Part shown: piece by piece, positions 28,977 through 39,134 of the stretch | Numbering within the stretch: the stretch's first letter is position 1 | How the letters are laid out: every line of letters begins with the position of its first letter | Assembly: GCA_001179505.1 (NCBI GenBank) | Contig: CDMY01000436.1 | Coordinates: forward strand, 62,001 to 126,000 | Direction: 5' to 3' | DNA length: 64,000 bases | Source of the DNA: Vitrella brassicaformis CCMP3155 | Lineage: Eukaryota > Protista > Chromerida | Program-made: the position numbers and the translations under genes | The notes under the pieces: generated by a model | What the model saw: the letters and a program-made list of their open reading frames with translations, nothing else | Told to the model about the DNA's origin: nothing | Databases searched by the model: none

Positions 28977-30511
28977 TCATGAGGACAATGTCTCAGAAGC
29001 TGCCGCCTTTTTTCTCACTTCAGCGGTTGGAGGCTCCTCCAGCACCTGCAGGGCCTCCAACAGCTCCTCCTCGATGTCCCTGAGGGTGCAGCGGTCGGCC
29101 ATGTCCGGCTGCATCCCCCTGGCCGTCACCTGGCAGATGGTGTCCAGCCACTTCTTGGCAAAGTGCAGCTCAGATGACTCGAGGGGGAGGGTGTCAAGCG
29201 GGCTCTGGATCTGGCCGGGGCAGCAGAGGGGGCGGCCGTCCTCCCGAATCCAGCTCATGCCCGCCGCGACCCGGAGCTCTACCGCCTCGTCATCGCACCA
29301 GATGGCCCACCCCCGGGTGACGGCATGAAAGATGCTCGCCACGCCATACACCGCCACCTTCTCGTCCACCCATATCTCCTCTCGGCCGTCGGGGTGCAGC
29401 AGCGGCACCCCCTTCTTGTGCAGGCCTCGTCGCACCTCCTGAAGGGCGTCCTTGAAGTCCTTGGGCCAGACCTTTAGGTCAGCGGCCGTGCCGGACTGCA
29501 GCACCACGGTCTCGGGCGACAGGAACCATGGCGTCCCGCCGGGCCGCTGACGCTGAGCCGCCTGGGTGTCGGGTCCAGAGGGAGGAGGGCGCTGCGGGTC
29601 TTGGGGTCCACCGTGAGCATGTTGCCCAGGTCGATGCACGCCGTTGTCTGCCGGGAAGGGGTGGAGCGGCCCATTGCCGAAGAACATGTGCCGGGGCAGC
29701 ATGATGTTCCTGTAGAACCCATCCAGGAAAATCCGCCGCGTGACAGGGCTCCCTGGTGGGCCTGCGTGACCAGGAGAATCGCCTTGGTGATGACCCTTAG
29801 GTCCCCGCGGAGCCACTTCACCCCCTCCCCGAAGCTGCCGCTGCTGCGGAATCGCTCGGCCACCTTGCACGTTGAACAACTTGGTGTTCGCCTCCCCCTC
29901 CCAGCCAAACAGCTTATTCACCTCGACAAAGTTATCAGGGTCTGCAGCCAGTATGGGTACACACACACCCAAAGCACACAGAGCAGAGCACCAACAGAGG
30001 ACAATGACTGACAAATCCACACTCGTGCACGTGACCCCTTCTCCCTTATATACCCCACCCACTCACTGCCCTGATGTCTCATAACTATACTCTTGACGAC
30101 TCACTCACCGAGGAAGGGCATCGCTATGCACAGCAGCTCCTTCTTGGTGCCGTCGGTCTTCTGATAGCTGGCTGGGCTGTGGGGTTGGGTGTCGGCCGCG
30201 AGGACCCGCAGGAATGGCGGCTGGCCGTCCATGTGCTGCATCTTGCTCTCCTCTATCTGCAGGCCTCGCACCTCATAGTCGTCGAAGGTGTCGTCCTCCT
30301 TCGACACGCGCTTGACAGCGGCCGTGACGGGCGCGTCGTTGGCCTGCCGTAGGTCCCGTAGGTCCCCGACGAGGACGGGCTCACCCTTGCCCTTGCCCGC
30401 TGTGCGCTCGCCGTTGGTCAACTCTACGCACGGCCCGTCCCGGAAGAGGATGCAGGCTGAGGCTGGCATGGCTGCTGGTGCCCCTCGGCTGCTGCTGCCG
30501 TTGCTGCTCAT
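28977..30511 (-). pseudogene. Divergent protein kinase-like gene copy A with four internal frameshifts
   Basis: Exon 1 (30511-30109): AGKGKG loop, AAVKR lysine, IAMPFLG hinge. Exon 2 (from 29941): FLDGFYRNIML (catalytic-loop-like D...N), DLG (off-frame), GGTPWFLSPE (P+1/APE-like). Confidence 0.7.
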
Positions 30512-30583
30512 CGTCTGCTGCTGCTGTCTACTGCTTTGTGGCTGCTGAAGGGTGTCTGCTGCTGTGTGTCTGCTGCGGTGCTC

Positions 30584-33500
30584 AGGGCCGGTGGGTGGAC
30601 CATTCTCCGAGAAGCTCCCCTTGTGGCCGCTTTCAAATCAGATGGCCGATGATGCTGAGAAGAGAAGAAGGGACCCTCACATAATATAAAATGTAGGCAG
30701 CAATCTGAAGGGAAAAGCAGACATCTCCCCCTGGTCCTCGTCTGGCAGCTCCTCCTCGATAGCGGCGGTGGTGGGATGGGGGTGTCGATGCGTCCTGCCT
30801 CCTTTTGCAGCGCGGCAGTTGGTGGGAGGGGCGGCGAGGGAGCGGCGCTGCTAATGCGGATGACCGTCACGGGGCTGCTCGCTTGGCTCTCCTTGCCGTC
30901 GTCCGCATCCTCATCGCTCTTCTCTTATCAAGCCGCTGTTTTCCTTAGATTGCTGACCTCCATTGCAGTGCGTGGCAATCAACAAGGGATGAGCCTTCGA
31001 ATATAAAACGTAGACAGCGATCTGAGACACAGCACAATCAAGCAAAGAAAGATGTGTCTCTCACTGGTCCTCACCTCCAGCGAGCCTTTTTGTGCAATGA
31101 CCTGACAGACACACACACAAACACCGCACCCTCACATGGAATGTGCATGCCTTCGTGCGCATTGCGTATGCGTGTTGGTCTCCCTCCCACACTCACCGCA
31201 AAGAGGTGAGCAAGCAGAGGCTGATGGGCGTCACAGCTGTCGGAGAGCGGGCTCACCCTGCACCGCCGGTGGGCATCTCCTTACCAACTCTGGTATCCAT
31301 CGCTGCCCAGGGGGAGAGATCTGCGCAATTCGAAGGCTTGTAAAGATCCACACCAGCAGCACCGCATAGAACGCCCACCTGGTACCACTGTCTGAGGCAC
31401 ACACAGACACACACAGCAGCCAGTGGATGACGGGACAGATGCCTTAATGTGTCGTGTGCGTGTTTCGATCTTGTGGAATGTGCACCAGATACCTGGCTGG
31501 ATGGATGGATGGACGGATGGATCACAACACGGTGACGGGGGACCACTCTTCTCCGTGTGAAAAAGCTCGACTGACTCTTTTCTTCGGCCACCTGGCTGCC
31601 CGCCGGCCACTCATACACATCCACCACACATGCGCACGCCATCATCCCTCTCTCTCTCTGCCAACCGAGTAAGAGCTGCAGCCAAACAAACACGTGGTTA
31701 TGAGACGGACAAACACACACATCCGCACACCAGCAGCCATATATCCGCACATGTGTATGTAATTGTGGGTGGTCAGATTGCAGACAAGGATGCACACGTA
31801 GGTGGATGGATGGGCAGAGTGAAAAAATCGACGCTCTCTGTTGGCCCCCTGCCACCGTCTCTTCTCTCTGCCAAGTGTGAGTTCCAGCCGGTTGAAAAAA
31901 CACCCCAAATGCAACACACCACACCGGACAGCAGCAGGCCAGACTCAGATCTCATGCGGCACACCGCAGGGAAAGTCGTCCACCATACAAGAAATAGATG
32001 CATGGTGGGACCAGAACACGCGCTCTCTCGCTCTCTTGCATGCATTATTGAAAAATCGCAGCACGGCACAGCCAGCCAGCCAGCCAGCCCATGACAGACA
32101 CGCGCACACCAGAACCACAGCAGAGGGAGGGGTCGTCCACCATACTAAAATAGCATGCATCCGACACACACACGGCCGCCACCATGCCCAGCCCACGAAG
32201 ACTTCAATCACAAGCAGCTTAGCTGCACGACAAAAATACTGCACACGCACACACACACACACGGCCAGACAGGTGCAGCCAGACCAGCTATGTACAAGTG
32301 AGTGGTGTTTTTGTTTTGGCTTTCTCCCCTGCTGCCTCGGTGACGACAAACGAAAAGGGCAGCCACGCGCCTCCCCGCTCCCCACACAAAACACGAAGCT
32401 GGCGGCAACTGTACATGCCAGCGAAATCGTCTCTCTCCCCCTCTCTGTCTGTCTGTCTGTCTGTCTGTGTGTGTGTCTGGCGGGCCCGTCTCTCCAGCTC
32501 CTCCTCTCTCTCTCTCTCGCGGCAACAGCAACAGCAGCAGCAGCCTCCTCTTATGCATCCTCCCTCCTCCCTCCCCTCTCTCTCAACTCAATCGCTCCTC
32601 AGCCTTCTTCCCCGCCCAGCCTCTGAAGATGCGTGTGATGGCCCTGCCAATGCCTTCCGACCGCCCTGATGTCGTCGGCCAGCTGCTCGGCGCCCTCCTT
32701 ATGTCGGTGACGAGAGCCCATGAGCGCATCATGAGGTCTTGGTCTGCCGACCGGACCTCCCACATGGCGCGCCCATAGGCATCAACGTCACCCGACGGCT
32801 CCCAGTACTCCCACTGCCCTGTCCAGTCGTTCTGCCGCCAGTGTGCCACCCTGTGCTGGTTGATGGGGCCAGTCGGCACGAGGAGGGCATGACAGGCCTT
32901 GTACTCGGGTGCGGGCGGGAGGGGTGGCGGGTACATGTATGGGTGGTGGACGGGGAGTGGGGCAGCGTGCACGGGCAGCGGTGGCATGTACGGCGGCACT
33001 TGGACGGCTGGGATGGCAGCGGGGGCGGGTTTGGGGGGCGGGGCGTGTGGTGGCCTGGTAGTGGGTGCGTGCAGAGTGTCGGTGGGTGTTCTGACGCGCG
33101 GCTGCTCGTCGTGGGCCTCGTGATGGGTGCTGCCGTCACTTGCCAGAGGCTGCTGGGGAGCAGCGGCTCGGGGTTGCTGCTGGCGCTTGCATAGAAGAGA
33201 CCCACAAATATAAAACGTAAGCAGCGATCTGACACAAACATCATGAGGACAATGTCTCAGAAGCTGTCGCCTTTTTTGTCACTTCAGCGGTTGGAGACTC
33301 TTCCAGCACCTGCAGGGCCTCGAACAGCTCCTCCTCGATGTCCCTGAGGGTGCAGCGGTCGGCCATGTCCGGCTGCATCCCCCTGGCCGTCACCTGGCAG
33401 ATGGTGTCCAGCCACTTCTTGGCAAAGTGCAGGTCAGGTGACTCGAGGGGGAGGGTGTCAAGCGGGCTCTGGATCTGGCCGGGGCCGCAGAGGGGGCGGC

Positions 33501-35978
33501 CGTCCGTCCGAATCTAGCGCAGGCCCGCCGCGACCCGGAGCTCTACCGCCTCGTCATCGCACCAGAGGGCCGGTGGGTGTCCTGACGCGCGGCTGCTCGT
33601 CGTGGGCCTCGTGGTGGGTGTTGCTGCCGCTTGGCAGAGGCTGCTGGGGTGCGGTTGGTGAGCCGTGGATAGATGGTAGATGTGGCGGCGTAAGGTATGG
33701 CACGATGGCGGGCTGTGAGAGCGACGGATGGCTTCGTTGGTACTTACATAGATAGCGGCTGAAGACAAGTACAACAGATCCATACACAGGAATGCTCAAG
33801 TACACACACAGGTGGCGGCTGGTCGTGCGTACCTTTGTTGTGTCAGGGAGGAGGCCGGCCACCTTCCCTTATTGTTGTTGCGGTGGCCCATCGCACCACA
33901 GAACAGCTGACATCGAGGTACATACTTGCCGCCAGCCACCCGCCTTCGTGGCCAGCAGGACTGCAGCAGACACAACACACATAACACACACACATCCATC
34001 CACACATGCGCACATGCATCGTCTGGCACTCGCACACACACGCGTAGTCAGACGTATGGGTCTGTGGGGGGGTCGTTCGGTGAGTGGTAATGATACTACG
34101 TACTATGTCGGCTTCCTTACACTGACGGTGAACGAGCAGCAGAGAAGGAGTCAGGATGTGCGCGAGAGCATTCATCGCATCTATGTATGTGGTTGGTCGG
34201 TCGGTCATTCGTGTGCGCACCTGGTCTGTATGTCGCGCAAGCAGAGGGCCGTGTCACATACATGTTTGTGTCGGGCTGCCTTGGGGTGGGGGGCGGTGGT
34301 GGCACTGCAGATTGCTGAAAGACGACAGGCGACAGACAGACAGACAGACCGACTGAATGTTTGTGGGGTGCGCCTCGAGTATGGCGTGGTCTATACTTTT
34401 TGTGGGGTGGGCCTCGACTGAGTTTGTGTGGTGTACACACCTTATCAGTATAGACCAAAACGAGGGGGCAGGGGGCGTGGCGGTGTGTTTGGTGGCTTGG
34501 CGGTGAATAGTTGGCTTCGTTGCGCAGTAACCATAACGGCTTAAGTGGCTTCGTTGTTTAGTCAGCCGGATAAGAAGTGAACAAGCGACACTCAGATGAT
34601 CGCGTAGAGTGACGAGGGGTGGACTGACTGGCTGACATCTCACCTTGGATGAGTAGATTGCGGGCTCGGCGCACGTGTTCCGGATGACATTTATCCTGAA
34701 TATGGTGGCTTCCTGACACACAGCACGCAGACACGCACAGATGTGCCCATCGGTCGGGTGCACAGACGTAGCAGAGCTGTGTCCGCACCTTATATATTCA
34801 TAGATAGGGCTTGAAAACGAAGGGGCAAGGAAGAATGCTAGGGGGCAGCGATGTGCGCGTGTGTGCCTTCGTCAGGCATCAGCTGACAGTGGGTCTGCTG
34901 ACATCTATCTCACCTTTTGATGAATGGAGTCGGCCCCTCAGCACGTGGGTAGAGGTGGGATTGCGCGTGACACCGAGAGACGCCTGCACATATATGTCAG
35001 CACCACCCACATCAAATCCCTCCATAAGATCGCTCTTCCCTTGCCAGGCCCTGATGCATTTACCAATCTGGGATCGGTGGAAGTGACGGCAAGGGGGTCT
35101 TGGATGGTCAATTGAGTCCCGCGCTCGACACCGTCATGACCACGAGTGACTTGGCCACCCGGCCCATCTCGCGATGCAGAGGCTGTCTTGACAAGCAGCT
35201 GGCAGGGCCGCCGACTTCGCTTCTTGTCGGCCATCTCGCCACTCGCATCATCGCCACTTGGGAGTGTGGGATGGCAGCGGGGGCGGGTTTGGGGGGCGGG
35301 TCGTGTTGTGGCCTGGTGGTGGGTGCGTGCAGAGGGCCGGTGGGTGTCCTGACGCGCGGCTGCTTGTCATGGGCCTCGTGGTGGGTGTTGCTGCCGCTGA
35401 GCAGAGGCTGCTGGGGTGCAGCAGGCTCCTCCAGCAGCCTGAGAGCCTCGAACAGCAACAGCAGGGCCGGTGGGTGGACCATTCTCCGAGAAGGCTCCCC
35501 TTGTGGCCGCTTTCAAATCAGATGGCCGATGATGCTGAGAAGAGAAGAAGGGACCCTCACATAATACAAAATGTAGGCAGCAATCTGAAGGGAAAAGCAG
35601 ACATCTCCCCCTGGTCCTCGTCTGGCAGCTCCTCCTCGATAGCGGCGGTGGTGGGATGGGGGTGTCGATGCGTCCTGCCTCCTTTTGCAGCGCGGCAGTT
35701 GGTGGGAGGGGCGGCGAGGGAGCGGCGCTGCTAATGCGGATGACCGTCACGGGGCTGCTCGCTTGGCTCTCCTTGCCGTCGTCCGCATCCTCATCGCTCT
35801 TCTCTTATCAAGCCGCTGTTTTCCTTAGATTGCTGACCTCCATTGCATTGCGTGGCAATCAACAAGGGATGGGCCTTCGAATATGAAACGTAGACAGCGA
35901 TCTGAGACAGAGCACGATCAAGCAAAGAAAGATGTGTCTCTCACTGGTCCTCACCTCCAGCAAGCCTTTTTGTGCAAT
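30584..35978 (+). repeat. Direct segmental duplication D2: about 30584-31099 versus 35463-35978
   Basis: Near-identical blocks from agggccggtgggtggaccattctccgaga to gcctttttgtgcaatg. Confidence 0.92.
32600..33565 (-). pseudogene. Copy b of the Trp-rich gene piece plus a kinase C-terminal fragment
   Basis: Same WRQNDWTGQWEYWEP segment with extra indels; 33250-33565 repeats the kinase A C-terminus (WLDTICQVTARGMQPDMADRCTLRDIEEELFEALQVLEE). Confidence 0.6.
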
Positions 35979-36898
35979 GGTCTTGTGGTCGAATGGGATG
36001 AGGGCGCTGCGGGTCTTGGGGTCCACCGTGAGCATGTTGCCCAGGTCGATGGCCCTCACGCCGTTGTCTGCCGGGAAGGGGTGGAGCGGCCCATTGCCGA
36101 AGAACATGTGCCGGGGCAGCATGATGTTCCTGTAGAACCCATCCAGGAAAATCCGCCGCGTGACAGGGCTCCCTGGTGGGCCTGCGTGACCAGGAGAAGG
36201 GCCTTGGTGATGACCCTTAGGTCCCCGCGAAGCCGCTCCACCCCCTCCTCGAAGCTGCCGCTGCTGCGGAATCGCTCGGCCGCCTTGAGCAGGTTGAATG
36301 AGTCGGCGTCCGCCTCGCCGTCCCACCCAAACAGCTTATTCACCTCGATAAAGCTATCAGGGTCTGCAGCCAGTATGGGTACACACACACACAGAGAGAA
36401 CAATGACTGACAAGTCCGCAGTGAGTCTGTCTCTCATATGTCCAACTCACCCACTCACTGCTCTGATCCCTCATATACTGTATATAATCTCGACGACTCA
36501 CCGAGGAAGGGCATCGCTATGCACAGCAACTTCTTCTTGGTGCCGTCGCTCTTGTGGTGGCTGGCTGGGCTGTGAGGGTGGGCGTCGGCTGTGAGCACCG
36601 GGAGGAATGGCGGCTGGCCGTCCATCTGCCGCATCTTGCCCTCCTCTATCTGCAGCCCTCGCACCTCATAGTCGTCGAAGGTGACGTCCTCCTCCGGCGA
36701 CACGCGCTTGACGGCGGCCGTGACGGGCGCGTCGTTGGCCTTCCGTAGGGCGCCGAGGAGGACGGCCTCACCCTTGCCCTTGCCCGCTGTGCGCTCGCCG
36801 TTGGTGAGCTCTACGCAGTGGCCGTCCTTGAAGAGGATGCAGGCTGAGGCTGGCATGGCTGATGGTGCTCCTCGGCTGCTGCTGTTGCTGCTGCTCAA
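35979..36898 (-). pseudogene. Kinase-like copy B (N-lobe through DLG), frameshifted, first ATG changed to TTG, C-lobe replaced by block D2
   Basis: Paralogous to 29570-30511: AAVKRV, IAMPFLG|DPDSF, RIFLDGFYRNIML, VRAIDLGNML; frameshift near 36153 shared with copy A. Confidence 0.75.
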
Positions 36899-36949
36899 CT
36901 GCTTGCAGCTTCCAACGAGTGTTTGCTGCTGAGGGGTGTGGGTAGCCGC

Positions 36950-37229
36950 CGTGGCTGCAGTTGATAGAGGTCCGTCGACACACGTTAGTATGCTGCTGCA
37001 GGTACATCTCTCCGCTCAGAGTCAAATCACCCACAAATATAAAATGTAAGCAGCGATCTGACACACACACATGAAGGAGATAATGCTGTCGATCAATTTC
37101 AGTGCCGCCTTGCTGCCTTTCGATCACCTTTGCTGCCGCCCTTCCCTCAAAGGTCTCAGCAGTGTTGGTGTGTTTGGAGGGGGAAGCCCTCCTTCGTCTC
37201 GCGCACAGCCGAAGGAGGGCTGCAGACAC

Positions 37230-37260
<31 letters not shown>

Positions 37261-38495
37261 GCAGCAGTGTGGATGGATGGATGGATGGGTACACATGTGA
37301 GTGCGCCAAGCATGTACCTCTTTCTCGTCGTTCTCTTGTTGTTGTTGTTGTTGTCGTTGTCCGTCGATCCGCGGGGAGCATTGCCGCCGCCATTGGGTGC
37401 AGCAGCCGCAGCCTGCTGGTTGAGCCCCTGCATGTCAGACAACACCAACGGACGCACAGACAGACAGCCGAGAGAGATATGTGATGTGGTGTGATGTGTG
37501 GAGATTCGGGTAGCTGTGTCTGTGTGTGTGCCGGGTGTTCACGTGTCCAGCCGAGTTGCCCTGGGCAGCACCGCCGCCGCCACCCGCAGAAGCAGCCGCC
37601 GCCTGGTTCAACGCCTGCATGTCAGATAACACCAACGGCCGGACAGACAGAGAGCCGAGAGAGATATGTGATGTGGTGTGATGTGTAGAGATTCAGGTAG
37701 CTGTGTCTGTGTGTGTGGCGGGTGTTCACGTGTCCAGCCGAGTTGGGTGCCCCCTGGTGGTGGTACATGCCGACAACTGATGAAGGCACACACACGATGC
37801 ATGTACGTGTGTGTCGTTCATCCATCATGGTGTGTGTGTTGTCGTTCCCATCTGCGCACCAGGCAGCCCTGGGGCCGGAATGAGGCTCCCCTGAACGCAT
37901 CCATCCATCACACACACACACCCATCCATCCATCCATCTATCCATCCGGCAGTCAGTCTGTTTGGAGGTAGGTGGTGGGTGTGGGTATGTATGTGGGTGG
38001 GTGCGCGCTGCTGGCGCCGGCATACACTCATCCGTCCATCTATTACGTACGTCGGGGAGGTAGTACACGAAACGCGTCCGCTGCAACAACGCACACAACA
38101 CACAACACACCAAACCACACCACACCACAACACAACACAACACAATGCGGTCATCCAGCCATACGTCGTGTGGGCATGTGTGTGCGGGGTGTGTGTGGCT
38201 TTACATTGCTATTGAAATCCGGGAATGTCTGACACGTCAGGTAAAGAGGAAACCAGGCAGAGAACAATCGTCCAACGCAATGGACCCCTTTCTCTCCATC
38301 CCCTTCCCCCCACCTGCAGACATACATACTGGCCGATGAAACTTGAGTAGGGGGTGTTGTAGTAGGCCGTCTGCCATGCATGGCATGCATGGATACAATC
38401 CATGTGAGCTCTTTGGCGGATGGATGGACGGATTGATGGATGGATGGATGGATAGATGCGGACGCCCACCTACCACGTGTCCCTGTTCAAAACGG

Positions 38496-38527
<32 letters not shown>

Positions 38528-39134
38528 ACAGAGATCCATGACACCACATGCGCACTGCAACGGCTCTCCGCTGGCTGGTCGGTGCGACGTGTGGTCTTAC
38601 GTCCTCCTTGAGGATCTGCATCGTCGCCATATCAGGCCGGTCCTGCAGGGGCGACACAAAGACCGAGATCTCATGGTGACATTGCCGCACCAAGATGGAG
38701 CTCCTCACCACAGGTCTCAACACGCGCAAATCTACCACAGCATACTGCACCATGCAACCAACGGACACATGACATCGACATCGCCCGCACCGACAGAGAT
38801 CTGTCTGAGATCTCTCTCTTGCGCCCATCTGCCCGCTTTCGTGGCCTGCCTACCTTGCGCAGCCCGTGCGGTATGAAGTGTCTATTGACGTAGTAGCCGG
38901 GCACACAGCCGGCGGGGGGAGAAGGCCCGCCAACGCCGCCCGGACCGCCGCCCGAAGGACCGGGCCCGCCGTGCCCGCCGCCGCCTTGCTGCATCATCTC
39001 AAGATCTTCAGCCACTGAACAAACGCTAAGAGGCAGCTGCCAATCTAGCCGCCTTCCGCTAAGAAACCAAACCAACCGGCCCGCTCGCCTCCGTGGGGAG
39101 GGGTAGGGGTAGCCGCCGCCGCCTTGCTGCACCA
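36950..39134 (-). pseudogene. Spliced Gly/Gln/Ala-rich lineage-specific gene or remnant
   Basis: Putative exons MMQQGGGGHGG...CVPGYYVNRHFIPHGLRK|DRPDMATMQILKED|...|ALNQAAAASAGG|GLNQQAAA with GT/AG boundaries; overall frame not resolved. Confidence 0.3.
37431..37745 (-). repeat. Tandem duplication of an intron + exon unit (about 187 bp period)
   Basis: catgtcaga(c/t)aacaccaacgg...gagagatatgtgatgtggtgtgatgtg...ttcacgtgtccagccgagttg at about 37431-37558 and 37618-37745. Confidence 0.85.

Larger units (their letters stand above)
28265..33566 (+). repeat. Direct segmental duplication D1: about 28265-29302 versus 32525-33566
   Basis: Colinear, highly similar sequence with small indels, from the (CAG)n-ctcttatgcatcc start to gtcatcgcaccag. 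Confidence 0.9.

Noticed and set aside
35000-35130. PGKGRAILWRDL as a prolyl-4-hydroxylase-like motif
   Set aside because: A single short resemblance without the HxD...H iron ligands or a supporting ORF.
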